Source: a virus
Lineage: Duplodnaviria > Caudoviricetes
IMG/VR virus record: IMGVR_UViG_3300027973_000098
Location: 1-40,119 of that record
Reading direction: 5' to 3' (one strand)
DNA: 40,119 nt
Within the stretch, counting starts at the first letter, position 1. Each line of letters starts with the position of its first letter. The translations under genes and the position numbers were made by a program. Below are positions 17,571 to 26,175 of this stretch, piece after piece. The notes beneath the pieces are model-generated. The model was not told the origin of the DNA, did not search any database, and worked only from the letters and a program-made list of their open reading frames with translations.

Positions 17571-17773
17571 TCTTCTTCCTCCTGTGGTGTTAGGTTAATC
17601 CGCGCTTGAATTACATTAGCCCTGCTCAATCTGATGCCTTCCAAAAACCCCGCATAGCGCTCACGGCTATTGGGTTCAGCCAGCATCTTTGCCACATACG
17701 GGCTTTCAATCCACTCTGTCAAAGCGTTTTCAATTGGGATCAAGTGATCTTTGATTACTTCTTCAGGTGTCAC
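17567..17773 (-). CDS. Hypothetical protein
   Basis: Track ORF 17567..17797; GTGA overlap suggests a start at 17773. Confidence 0.6.
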   Translation of the reverse strand: MTPEEVIKDHLIPIENALTEWIESPYVAKMLAEPNSRERYAGFLEGIRLSRANVIQARINLTPQEEEE

Positions 17774-17925
17774 GGGTATCTCAAATCTTTGCACCACTCT
17801 GACATGTTCTCAATTGCTACCTTGCATTGATCAGGTGTTGTTATGTCATACAGCCAGTAAACAATTACGGCTATAACAATTCCCAAAACAATCTTGCCTC
17901 TGCGTGTTAATTTACTCTTTGCCAT
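17770..17925 (-). CDS. Small membrane protein
   Basis: AGGAGG RBS; MAKSKLTRRGKIVLGIVIAVIVYWLY, one TM segment. Confidence 0.65.
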   Translation of the reverse strand: MAKSKLTRRGKIVLGIVIAVIVYWLYDITTPDQCKVAIENMSEWCKDLRYP

Positions 17926-18076
17926 TGCTTGCGTTCCTCCTAAACCATTCTTGTTTACCGCACCACTCGCACTCGCAAAGTGGGTTGCCTTCCTCTGTTT
18001 CAAATACAATTACAAAATTTGCAGGCGAGCCATAAGTTCCGCACCAAATACATCTAGGATCGTTGCTTATAGACAT
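17912..18076 (-). CDS. 54-aa zinc-ribbon microprotein
   Basis: Manual translation MSISNDPRCIWCG...CECEWCGKQEWF. Confidence 0.55.
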   Translation of the reverse strand: MSISNDPRCIWCGTYGSPANFVIVFETEEGNPLCECEWCGKQEWFRRNASNGKE

Positions 18077-18227
18077 TATGGATCTGTGGGTTCATGTCAG
18101 CCAATTTATCTTGTATTGCAAACCAAACTTGTTCGCGTTGCATTGCATTATTCATTGACTGACTTTTATTAGGTGGAATTACAAAATTATTGTAATCAAC
18201 CGTTATTTCTATTTTGAACTTTGCCAT
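18054..18227 (-). CDS. 57-aa hypothetical protein
   Basis: TAATG overlap, AGGAAG RBS; MAKFKIEITVDYNNF...NVYKQRS. Confidence 0.55.
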   Translation of the reverse strand: MAKFKIEITVDYNNFVIPPNKSQSMNNAMQREQVWFAIQDKLADMNPQIHNVYKQRS

Positions 18228-18364
18228 TAGTTGTTTTCTTCCTGAAATGGAGTTGGAGCAAAAACCCCAAACTTTTTTATTTCTTTAATGCAAATAAAAC
18301 AAACACCTTGACCGTTTTCTAAAACTAAACCCGCTCCAAATCTTTCACACAATGAACATTTCAT
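18227..18364 (-). CDS. 45-aa zinc-finger microprotein
   Basis: MKCSLCERFG...VCFICIKE; TAATG overlap. Confidence 0.6.
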   Translation of the reverse strand: MKCSLCERFGAGLVLENGQGVCFICIKEIKKFGVFAPTPFQEENN

Positions 18365-18552
18365 TATTTTGCCTCTCCTAATCTTGGTAGTGTCAAGTAA
18401 CCATCTGTTTTTGGGTGACAGCGCGCGCAAAGAATTCCTTGCTCACCCTGTTTAGCCCATGAGCGCAACGCATGCCCCTTGCAAGCGTTACAAACAATTA
18501 ACAACTTTGCCCATTCAGTAGGCATTGGCTTCCAACCAACAGGTGCGGTCAT
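18364..18552 (-). CDS. Zinc-finger microprotein
   Basis: CNAC...CARC; start at MTAPVGW. Confidence 0.6.
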   Translation of the reverse strand: MTAPVGWKPMPTEWAKLLIVCNACKGHALRSWAKQGEQGILCARCHPKTDGYLTLPRLGEAK

Positions 18553-18554
18553 TA

Positions 18555-18728
18555 TTAGTTCCCCCATTTCTTTAACTTCAATGGAGAGATACGGCGTTTG
18601 ATCATGCGGCGTGAATTCTTTGTATCTACATAACGGTAAATGCTTACATCTCCTTCAGTAGTAATTCCATAAACAGTCCACATTGCTTTGCCGTTGATTG
18701 TTACATTAGCCCCAATTGTTGTAGTCAT
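18555..18728 (-). CDS. 57-aa hypothetical protein
   Basis: Manual translation MTTTIGANVTINGKAMWTVYG...KKWGN; fills the gap in the operon. Confidence 0.55.
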   Translation of the reverse strand: MTTTIGANVTINGKAMWTVYGITTEGDVSIYRYVDTKNSRRMIKRRISPLKLKKWGN

Positions 18729-18730
18729 AA

Positions 18731-19060
18731 TTAGTTACCTGCTTCCATTGTTGCGTGATAAACAACCCATGCTTCTTCACGGGCTTTGTCGTAAGCATCT
18801 TGTGTTGGCTTCATCATGTGGTGAAACTGCGCCATTTGGATTTCATAATCTTCTTGATACTTGCGATTGATTTCTGCAATAGCCGCGTCACGCTCTGCTC
18901 GCAATTTTGCAATGTAACGGTCACGGATTGGGCAATTGCGATCTAAAGCCGCTTCCCACTCTTTGTATTGTGGAGCAACCGTTTGATCCATAATTGCGTA
19001 AGCCTTCTTGTGCAAGCGTGTGCGCTTTGCTTTTTCTGCTGGTGTTAAGTTTTCAGTCAT
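18731..19060 (-). CDS. Hypothetical helical protein, first gene after the strong promoter
   Basis: 109 aa, AGGAAGAAGG RBS. Confidence 0.7.
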   Translation of the reverse strand: MTENLTPAEKAKRTRLHKKAYAIMDQTVAPQYKEWEAALDRNCPIRDRYIAKLRAERDAAIAEINRKYQEDYEIQMAQFHHMMKPTQDAYDKAREEAWVVYHATMEAGN

Positions 19061-19104
19061 TTTGTGCCTTCTTCCTTTGGGAGCGTTTCTCCCTTACAAG
19101 GAAT

Positions 19105-19165
19105 AAATTACGGCAGATCTAGGCTTATGTCAAAAACATTTGCATTATTTGTGTTATTTATTATG
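19105..19165 (-). promoter_or_regulatory. Housekeeping-sigma promoter with AT-rich upstream element
   Basis: TTGACA (19133-19128), 17 bp spacer, TAATTT (19110-19105), AT-rich tract upstream. Confidence 0.7.
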
Positions 19166-19174
19166 TGATTTGGC

Positions 19175-19564
19175 TCACATGCCCTGAGCGGGCATTTTGG
19201 CCCACATTTGAACCCAAAGGCCAGGGGTGATCCCATACTGTTTAGCCGCGGTCAGGCGCACAACCTGCCCATCATCACGGTAGGCAATGGCTGTAAGGCC
19301 GTCTAGGACTGCTCTGACCAATTTATCCAAATCAGGGGCTACTGACGGCTCAGGGCGGTTTACAGTTTTTGGGCGAGCCATTGTAAAAATCATGTCTATT
19401 TCAACTGGCTCAATGTGGGGCTTTGCCCCTGCCTCTTTAGCCCGCAAAGCAATGGCAGAACGCCACGCGGCCAGTTCTGAACCTTTGGCATGAATGACAT
19501 GCCCGTTGATGACCTTCATAGATCCTTGCGGAACTGGTTGGCCATCTACTTGAAAAGTAATCAC
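19175..19564 (-). CDS. rusA: RusA-like Holliday junction resolvase
   Basis: G.PVPQGS, PDLDKLVRAVLDGLT, YRDDGQVV. Confidence 0.9.
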   Translation of the reverse strand: MITFQVDGQPVPQGSMKVINGHVIHAKGSELAAWRSAIALRAKEAGAKPHIEPVEIDMIFTMARPKTVNRPEPSVAPDLDKLVRAVLDGLTAIAYRDDGQVVRLTAAKQYGITPGLWVQMWAKMPAQGM

Positions 19565-19749
19565 CTAATAAGTGTAATAAGATCCTGCGCTATTGCAATT
19601 TGATCATTGCCTAATTCATTAACGCCATGAAAATCATAAACGCCAAAGTGATCAGGGCCTTGAATGTATTTCACCATTAAATCATGATTATTAACTAATA
19701 CATGATCTCCTGGTTGCACAAGTGCGGGATCAACTAATTGCTTAGTCAT
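19561..19749 (-). CDS. Hypothetical protein
   Basis: AGGAGGA RBS before MTKQLVDP at 19749. Confidence 0.65.
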   Translation of the reverse strand: MTKQLVDPALVQPGDHVLVNNHDLMVKYIQGPDHFGVYDFHGVNELGNDQIAIAQDLITLIR

Positions 19750-19802
19750 AGTTCCTCCTGTAATGGTTACATTAAGTGTAACAGTTACGGTTAATGTTTG
19801 AG

Positions 19803-20609
19803 TTATTTTGTCAAACTCTTTCTCAAAAGTTCTCTTAGTTCTGCGGGTGGTGGAACTGCGTTGCGTTTTGCTTCTTCCTGTTCCCTGAACCATGTTTCAT
19901 TCTCCACTCGTTCTCTTTCTGTTTTTGCTCTTGCATCTTGTAATTCTTTTTCCTTGATTTCTGCGGGAGAAAGATTACGGGGCGGCAAAGGGTCATCAAG
20001 CCATCTCTGAGCGTTTAACCAGGTAGCCGCATGTGCTGTGTACCCTGGCACTCTGTTTGGGTCTGATTTGTACCTTAGAGCGCCTTTAATGATTATGTCT
20101 GCATTAGTTGTACGGATCGCTTTTTCAAATGCTTTTTGTGCCGCGCCTTTTCCTACCTTCAAAGGATAAACATTCCAAAAATCCACAAACAATTCTTTTT
20201 TGTCTATGTCTTTATCTTCCTCTTTATCTTCCTCTTTATGGTTCAACGATTGTTCAGCGTTTGTTGAACGCTCGTTCATTCCACGCGCAACAACTGATCT
20301 ACGCCCTGCAAATGATGCTTTTGCAGACTTCTCACGGATCTTTTCAAGGTCATCTTCCACCCTGGCATGTGTCCATAAATTACCTTCAACAATAAAAAAT
20401 TCTTCCAATGTTGGCTTTGCCTCTGCCCATTCTTCAGGGCTGAGACGGGCTACATGTGACAAACGCTCATTACTATTATCTAGTGCTTTACCGCGTTGCC
20501 AGTAATTCATAAGCAACAGCATGTAAGCGCCATGTTGTTGCGCTGTTAAATGTGCTGTATCTGCCAGGTAATCAGAAACATACAACTGCATGTATGGCAG
20601 TGAAGTCAT
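19803..20609 (-). CDS. Replication initiator, DUF1376/YdaU-like
   Basis: PYMQLYVSDYLADTAHLTAQQHGAYMLLL N-terminus; FWNVYPLKVGK...ATWLNAQRWLD C-terminus. Confidence 0.85.
   Translation of the reverse strand: MTSLPYMQLYVSDYLADTAHLTAQQHGAYMLLLMNYWQRGKALDNSNERLSHVARLSPEEWAEAKPTLEEFFIVEGNLWTHARVEDDLEKIREKSAKASFAGRRSVVARGMNERSTNAEQSLNHKEEDKEEDKDIDKKELFVDFWNVYPLKVGKGAAQKAFEKAIRTTNADIIIKGALRYKSDPNRVPGYTAHAATWLNAQRWLDDPLPPRNLSPAEIKEKELQDARAKTERERVENETWFREQEEAKRNAVPPPAELRELLRKSLTK
20191..20276. other. Putative replication origin inside the initiator gene
   Basis: Three tandem imperfect 11-mers at 20244-20276 next to a purine-skewed AT-rich tract with a 12-bp direct repeat. Confidence 0.5.
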
Positions 20610-20947
20610 TTTGCCTCCTTACATTCTTTGATCATGTTTAATGAAATTCCCATTTGTCTTAATGCCTCTAGCCCTCTGATGCGTTGATTTGGATACTTCA
20701 AAGGTTCATCAATACTTGCCCGCTCCTGGCTGGTCATGCCGCCCCACATTCCGTAATTTTCATTTTGGAACGCGTAGGCTAAACAATCTTTCCAAATAGG
20801 GCAAGAGACGCAAATAGATCGCACTGAATTGATGTGATCATAAGCATCAACGGATCTTTGTTCTTCTATGTCGTAAAAAAGATCTGTGTGAATTTCCAAA
20901 CGCCTACATTCTGCATCTTCCCAATTTACTTCTGTGTACTTGGGCAA
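20606..20947 (-). CDS. whiB: WhiB-family Fe-S transcription factor
   Basis: W..AEC...CVSCP..KDC and YGMWGGMTSQER; TTG start at 20947 preferred. Confidence 0.92.
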   Translation of the reverse strand: MPKYTEVNWEDAECRRLEIHTDLFYDIEEQRSVDAYDHINSVRSICVSCPIWKDCLAYAFQNENYGMWGGMTSQERASIDEPLKYPNQRIRGLEALRQMGISLNMIKECKEAK

Positions 20948-21597
20948 CCTTCTTCTCCTGTCGGATCGTAATAAGGGCAGAAATCTGCGCAAAAAGCCAA
21001 AGGTTTTTCAGGAGAAGGTTTCAGTTGCAACGCAACCATTTCCCTTGTCTTTTCTAAATGCGCAAACGCTTGTAATGCAATTTGTTCATCATAAGGTTGC
21101 ATGTAAACCAAAATGTCAGACATTTTTCCATCACGCGGAATACCAACAAGTGCTACATCTTTTACCGTGTAACCATTTTTCACCAATAAATAACCGTAAA
21201 GATGGATCTGCCAAACCTGTTGCCTGTTATTGCCGCCAAAGTAACGCCCACTGCCTTTCTTAATGGTTTTCCAGTCAATTACAGTGTGGTTGATTTTGTC
21301 GTAGCAATCCACATGTCCAGGAACTCCATTCGCTTCTACGGCTATTTCAAGTTCATACTGAACGCCAAACGGATCTTCACGCCTAATGGCTTCTTCAATG
21401 CCTGTGTGAATGTAAGTTCCCAGGATTGCGCCTAACTTGTCACCAACATTTGTTGGCTCTGTCTGCGCTATGTCATGCCAAAGTCTGCGCTGACACCCGC
21501 CAATTGCAGATGGCCCAATGGCTGTTTGTTGTGATCTCGCCCTGGCATTGTCATTTGCCACAAGGGTTTTAACCACCATGTTTTGTAAGTCAATCAC
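20926..21597 (-). CDS. Cas4-like PD-(D/E)XK exonuclease
   Basis: GPSAIGGC, GTYIH, GHVD, IDWKT, QIHLY, C-terminal CADFC...C. Confidence 0.85.
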   Translation of the reverse strand: MIDLQNMVVKTLVANDNARARSQQTAIGPSAIGGCQRRLWHDIAQTEPTNVGDKLGAILGTYIHTGIEEAIRREDPFGVQYELEIAVEANGVPGHVDCYDKINHTVIDWKTIKKGSGRYFGGNNRQQVWQIHLYGYLLVKNGYTVKDVALVGIPRDGKMSDILVYMQPYDEQIALQAFAHLEKTREMVALQLKPSPEKPLAFCADFCPYYDPTGEEGCPSTQK

Positions 21598-21767
21598 AAA
21601 TTATCCTCATTCCATTGTGGGCCGCGTAAATCTTCCATCATCTTCATGTGATCTAGTTCTAGTTGCTTTAATTGTTTGCTAATCCTGTACAACTTCCATG
21701 CCATACGCAACGGGTAAAGCCAATAACCTGCGAGCAATCCCAATGCAAATGCTATGCACACAATCAT
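21594..21767 (-). CDS. 57-aa membrane protein
   Basis: ATGA and GTGA overlaps at both ends; MIVCIAFALGLLAGYWLYP. Confidence 0.6.
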   Translation of the reverse strand: MIVCIAFALGLLAGYWLYPLRMAWKLYRISKQLKQLELDHMKMMEDLRGPQWNEDNL

Positions 21768-22132
21768 GTGAGATCCATACTGGTGCGTACTGATGTTCCC
21801 ACTGAGCGGGCAATGTCCACTTGCATTTTCAACCTGTTGGTGTTGGCGCGTGAGGCTAAAACTTTGGCTTGCACAATTGCAAGATCCTTATGCAATTCTT
21901 CATTTTGTACAAGAGCCAAATCTTCTCTTTCTCCTACTGTGTAGTTCTTGCCAGTAGGTGAAGATTTGATTGCCAAAGCCATGCGAGATTTAGCCATTGC
22001 AATTTCATACTCCGCTTTGACGCTATGGTAAATAGTTTCTACCTCTATCAAAACTTTATGCGCTTCATCTACTTCTTTAGAAAGCCCGCGTAATTTTTGC
22101 TCAACCATTGCAGGCGTAATAATTTCACTCAT
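21764..22132 (-). CDS. Coiled-coil hypothetical protein
   Basis: 122 aa helical ORF in the recombination cluster. Confidence 0.7.
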   Translation of the reverse strand: MSEIITPAMVEQKLRGLSKEVDEAHKVLIEVETIYHSVKAEYEIAMAKSRMALAIKSSPTGKNYTVGEREDLALVQNEELHKDLAIVQAKVLASRANTNRLKMQVDIARSVGTSVRTSMDLT

Positions 22133-22382
22133 CTGCCTTTTCTTTCACTAGGCTAATGTTTGAATTCTCGCGTTTGTTCTGCAACACAATTACTTTGCCT
22201 GCATCTGATGACATGTTGAAAGGATCGGGCGTGAGAGCAAATCCCGCTCTGTCTAATTTCTCAGCCAAAACTTCAGGGAACATGTCCAACTCTTGAGCCA
22301 CTGCGCGGATTGCAATAATGTTAAAGTGAACTGCAACCTTTAATCCGTTTGATGGCTCAAATTTATTTTCTTTACTACTCAT
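22125..22382 (-). CDS. Hypothetical protein
   Basis: 85 aa, overlaps both neighbours. Confidence 0.65.
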   Translation of the reverse strand: MSSKENKFEPSNGLKVAVHFNIIAIRAVAQELDMFPEVLAEKLDRAGFALTPDPFNMSSDAGKVIVLQNKRENSNISLVKEKADE

Positions 22383-22684
22383 AACATCATTCCTTCCTCT
22401 ACTGCGCGGTAAACCAGGCAGTCATTGTTGTGTTGGTTTTTTCTAAATGTGCCTGCCCAAATAATGTAACCATCTTTAATCAGGCTGATCCTGGTAGGGC
22501 GCACTGTGTTGCCGTCAATGCCTAATGCTTTTTCTATCTCTTGATCAGTGGCGCCACGCAAACCCTGGCCCACAATGTATTCATACACCTTGCGGCGTGT
22601 TGATCCAGTTCTAGGCAACGCTTTCATAGCCGCGGCTACTGATGTAGGTTGTGCATTGCGCGCAATGATGACCTTGTTATCCAT
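22379..22684 (-). CDS. Winged-helix DNA-binding protein
   Basis: GATDQEIEKALGIDGNTVRPTRISLIKDGYI. Confidence 0.75.
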   Translation of the reverse strand: MDNKVIIARNAQPTSVAAAMKALPRTGSTRRKVYEYIVGQGLRGATDQEIEKALGIDGNTVRPTRISLIKDGYIIWAGTFRKNQHNNDCLVYRAVEEGMML

Positions 22685-23267
22685 TAAGAACCGCCCTGCG
22701 CTTCAAAATGTGTTCACGCAAAGTTACACCCTCAATTACAACTTCCAAAACATCAAAATTTTCTTTCCATTGTTGTTCTAATTCTTTTTCACTATTTTTA
22801 GTTTGAACTAATGTGTAAACTGCAAATGCTTGTGCTTTTTCTTCCTCTGAAAATTCGCGCTTTGGCTCAGGTGTTTTAGCCGCAGGCGCTTCAGTTGTTT
22901 TTGTTTGGCGGTTGCGTACTTCTTCAGATGATGCAATGCCCTTCTTTGTGTCCACTGCAAGAGCGGCTACCATTGCGCGGCCCCAGGCGGCTGTCTCAGC
23001 GTTCTGTAATTCAGAGTCGCGGGTAAAGTTTGTTGGCCCTGGAATTGGCTCGTATGCCCAACCAACACCAGGCAATTGATCATCAGGTGTGCGGTATGCC
23101 GCGGCGCTGTACACCATGTAACTTTTTATACTGTTGTCAGGCATTTTTACTTCAATCACATAAGGATCTTTCCATGACTGTAATGAACCTGTTGGATACT
23201 TTTCGCGGAACTCAATAATGCGTGTTGCCACATCAATGTAATCTAATGGGCCTTTGTAACTTGCCAT
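22677..23267 (-). CDS. Single-strand annealing protein (Rad52/Sak/ERF-like)
   Basis: DYIDVATRI..FREKYP, NAETAAWGRA, GIASSEEV; heads the operon containing the exonuclease. Confidence 0.6.
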   Translation of the reverse strand: MASYKGPLDYIDVATRIIEFREKYPTGSLQSWKDPYVIEVKMPDNSIKSYMVYSAAAYRTPDDQLPGVGWAYEPIPGPTNFTRDSELQNAETAAWGRAMVAALAVDTKKGIASSEEVRNRQTKTTEAPAAKTPEPKREFSEEEKAQAFAVYTLVQTKNSEKELEQQWKENFDVLEVVIEGVTLREHILKRRAVLNG

Positions 23268-23400
23268 TTGTAACCTTCCTGTTAGGGGCTAACTAGCCCG
23301 TGTAGAGCAGATTGAACACCATGCCACCGACAAAGACAAGCACCCCGTAATTTATCGGCGTGGCGGGGTGGTGGTGGCATACTTAGGGCAGGGGGAAATC

Positions 23401-23607
23401 ATGGCTTATACACAAATCTCAATCCGCTTAGGCGGCCTTGTCGTGGAATTAGGAAGTGAAGCAACTTACCCTGACATGGTGAGTGATTTAACAAATCGCT
23501 GTTTAACAACATTCAAAGACGCAATGGACAAGGCAGAAGAACACGGCGTAGATGTATCAAACATGCGATTGATCACCACTGAGTTTTCAGATGATGATGA
23601 GGATTAG
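23401..23607 (+). CDS. Small acidic hypothetical protein
   Basis: AGGGGG RBS then ATG at 23401; acidic C-terminus; converges on the phosphoesterase. Confidence 0.65.
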   Translation: MAYTQISIRLGGLVVELGSEATYPDMVSDLTNRCLTTFKDAMDKAEEHGVDVSNMRLITTEFSDDDED

Positions 23608-24647
23608 TCCAACCACACTTGATACTGGGCTGTTGTTCTTCCCTTAATCGGATCTACAAAGTGCAAACGCTGTGACGGTCTGCCACTAGCGGCCATTGAG
23701 TCACGCGCATAACGATTATCTGACTCTGTTGATCCTGTCCAATAAATGTTGTAATGCTTTTGAATTGGCTCTTGCGCATGTCGGTGATAGTGACCTAAAA
23801 AAATGTCGTGGAAATCGTAATCATGTGCGCCCGCTTTCCAACGGTTAGCACCTGCAATCCATGCCGCAGGGCTTGCAAATCCTGAACGGCCTAATTCATC
23901 ACCGTGCATGAGTAGAGCGCGGTAGTTCCCAATCTCAACTTCTTGAATGTCTTCAGGGCAATCTTCCCAAACCAAACGCTTTTCCCCTGCAAGGATCTGA
24001 CGGCTCATTTCATAAACCATTCTGTCCACATTGTCAGACTTAGGCACTTCTGCGCGCTTGCCACCAATGCGTCCATGATTTCCCCATTCAGCAATTACTG
24101 TGACTTTCTCAAAGTTAGCCAACATGGTGCGCACAAAATCTACACAAAGCCTTGAAACTGTTGTGAACTGCCCAAACAAAGAAGCATCTATTTGCCATAA
24201 CTGAGCAGGATAATTAAACAAACCTTCAACCATGTCACCACCAAACATCACTACACATTCATTAACAGGGTGATGATGGCGTTGTAAATCAGTTAAATGC
24301 ACAACTTTTTCAGAAAATTGCATAACGCGATCACGCATGATTTCACTGTTGTAACTGGTTGTAACTTTTGCGCCTTGCCAATCTGTTGAATGGATCAAAG
24401 CCACTTCAGGATTGATTTTGCGCGTATCTTTTTTTGGCGCAAAAACAGGTGGCACCGCACCCAATGAAATCATTGCGTCATAAGCGCCACGGTGAGTTGC
24501 CTCTACTAAATCTTCACTGCGCTCTTTACTTTGCTTGAGTTGTTTCTGCAATCGCAAAATTACCTGGCGTAGTTCTTTTACATCTTGCGACTCAATGCCT
24601 TCAGGCATGTCTTGTAATCTTTTTTCAAGGCTCATTTGTAAACACAA
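23604..24647 (-). CDS. Calcineurin-like metallophosphoesterase
   Basis: TDWQ, GGDMVEG, GNHG, MHGD, GHYH motifs. Confidence 0.85.
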   Translation of the reverse strand: MCLQMSLEKRLQDMPEGIESQDVKELRQVILRLQKQLKQSKERSEDLVEATHRGAYDAMISLGAVPPVFAPKKDTRKINPEVALIHSTDWQGAKVTTSYNSEIMRDRVMQFSEKVVHLTDLQRHHHPVNECVVMFGGDMVEGLFNYPAQLWQIDASLFGQFTTVSRLCVDFVRTMLANFEKVTVIAEWGNHGRIGGKRAEVPKSDNVDRMVYEMSRQILAGEKRLVWEDCPEDIQEVEIGNYRALLMHGDELGRSGFASPAAWIAGANRWKAGAHDYDFHDIFLGHYHRHAQEPIQKHYNIYWTGSTESDNRYARDSMAASGRPSQRLHFVDPIKGRTTAQYQVWLD

Positions 24648-24888
24648 TCTCTTTGCCGTGGTGTATGTAGCCTTCTTTGTCTATCCAACTATCTTCATGT
24701 TCCAGGTTTGCCGTGATCCGTACTGACTTTGCGGCATCAAACATCAAGGCAACAATGGCAGGATCAATGTCCTCAATGTCTAAAAGAGCGCCCCACATGC
24801 GGCCTATGGCTGTGAAGTTTTTGCGAGCGCTCCCGTATTCATGTTGGCGGTCATCAAGAACTTCATCTACTCTTTTGGACACCTGCAA
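24625..24888 (-). CDS. DUF6378-like phage protein
   Basis: DRQHEYG...NFTAIGRMW...HEDSWIDKEGY pattern; family name from recall. Confidence 0.65.
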   Translation of the reverse strand: MQVSKRVDEVLDDRQHEYGSARKNFTAIGRMWGALLDIEDIDPAIVALMFDAAKSVRITANLEHEDSWIDKEGYIHHGKEIVFTNEP

Positions 24889-25121
24889 GTACCGTATCTA
24901 TGAGTTCTGATTGTGTCCGCACTGCATTTGTGGCCATCTGCCCGTAGAGCCTGAACAATTAAATTGACAGGGTAATTTCTTTCCCATGCTTCATCTAAAG
25001 TTTTTTGATCTTCTTTTGGCAAAGTATTGTAAAGCGCTTGATAAGCACACACTCCACCGATAGGAGAACGGCCTATTGCTCGCTTGCTAAGTATTTCACT
25101 AAACGCATTTTCTAATGCCAT
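24867..25121 (-). CDS. Hypothetical protein, possibly HTH with metal ligands
   Basis: AAGGAGG RBS; C...HR.GTCRC. Confidence 0.65.
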   Translation of the reverse strand: MALENAFSEILSKRAIGRSPIGGVCAYQALYNTLPKEDQKTLDEAWERNYPVNLIVQALRADGHKCSADTIRTHRYGTCRCPKE

Positions 25122-25155
25122 GTGTTGCCTCCTTGAGTAAAGCGTACCGCAAAGT

Positions 25156-25178
25156 AAAAAGCCCCGCGTTAGCGGGGC
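25156..25178 (-). terminator. Rho-independent terminator after the lysis genes
   Basis: GCCCCGC-TAAC-GCGGGGC followed by TTTTT on the minus strand. Confidence 0.85.
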
Positions 25179-25185
25179 CGTTTAC

Positions 25186-25443
25186 TTACTTAGTTTTTTT
25201 AGGCGCGGCTTTCTTCTTGCTTGCCTTTGCCAACTTATCAATCTCTACGGTCACTACATCTGCCACTAAGCCAAACGCAGGGTCACTCTTATCAATCCCG
25301 CGGATTGCAGGGCCAACAATGGCCGCCGCTGTTGCAAATGCAAGCGCCTTAATGTCAGTTACTCCTGCGGTATAAAGCGCAAGAGCGGTAACTGCAAAAT
25401 GGCGCAATGCTGATTTCAACATGTCTGTTTGTTTTTTGTTCAT
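25186..25443 (-). CDS. Holin
   Basis: Two hydrophobic segments, D.SDPAFG, basic tail; follows endolysin. Confidence 0.7.
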   Translation of the reverse strand: MNKKQTDMLKSALRHFAVTALALYTAGVTDIKALAFATAAAIVGPAIRGIDKSDPAFGLVADVVTVEIDKLAKASKKKAAPKKTK

Positions 25444-25445
25444 CT

Positions 25446-25910
25446 TTACTCCTTTGGGCGGGCTACCGCCATGATTGTTTTGTAATCACGCTTCTTGAGG
25501 TAAAAACCATCACCGTTTGACTGGCTTCCTGCCTTACCGCTTGAGGTGTTACCCTCATAAACATACAGGACTTTAAGTGTTTTGTTGTGGCCTTTGACAA
25601 TACCCACATGATCGGGTTGCGCATCTTCATCAAATTGGAAGAAAACTAAATCCCCTGCCTGAGCCTGTCCGATAGGTACAAGTTGGTTGTTCTTTGTCAG
25701 GTACTTTAGCCACGCATCACAAGAGGCAAAACCTTTATTGGTGTTGGCTACTGTTCCAATCATGCCAGCATCAAAATACATTTTTGAGGCAGACATTGCA
25801 CACCAGGGTTGATTATTTAAGCCAAACCATTTACCAAATGTGGTGTCATTGTTTGGGCTTTCTGTGTAGCCCAATGATGCCTTGCAGAATTCTAAAACCT
25901 TGCTAATCAT
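25446..25910 (-). CDS. Endolysin, CHAP domain
   Basis: QPWCAM, GDLVFF, HVGIV, EGNT. Confidence 0.9.
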   Translation of the reverse strand: MISKVLEFCKASLGYTESPNNDTTFGKWFGLNNQPWCAMSASKMYFDAGMIGTVANTNKGFASCDAWLKYLTKNNQLVPIGQAQAGDLVFFQFDEDAQPDHVGIVKGHNKTLKVLYVYEGNTSSGKAGSQSNGDGFYLKKRDYKTIMAVARPKE

Positions 25911-25918
25911 GTTGCCTC

Positions 25919-26158
25919 CTATGTTCTAACGGCTTTTAATACTGCCACTTCTGTAATCAATAGTTGTTGATTTTTGTGAACATCTTTGAGTTGTTGTTCC
26001 ATACCACGGCCATCATTAAACAAAGCGTATTCAATCTTTGCTAATTTAGCATCTTGCGCACTCAAGCGTGTATCTATCTTGCGCCAAATCTTAAAGCCGC
26101 CAAGAACTAAGGCTATAAGTTGAGCCAGGGCAAGGCTAGTGTCTAAAGTAATGTTCAC
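25919..26158 (-). CDS. Membrane protein of the lysis cassette
   Basis: One TM segment plus coiled coil; no SD, TAAACT 6 nt upstream of GTG suggests leaderless expression. Confidence 0.65.
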   Translation of the reverse strand: MNITLDTSLALAQLIALVLGGFKIWRKIDTRLSAQDAKLAKIEYALFNDGRGMEQQLKDVHKNQQLLITEVAVLKAVRT

Positions 26159-26175
26159 GGCAAAAGTTTACCTAA

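Noticed and set aside
19750-19893. N-terminal extension of ORF 19561..19893
   Set aside because: Overlaps the initiator gene and a likely promoter; strong RBS points to ATG 19749.
20926-21597. Cas4-like gene as sign of a CRISPR system
   Set aside because: Stand-alone phage exonuclease in a recombination operon; no array or other cas genes.
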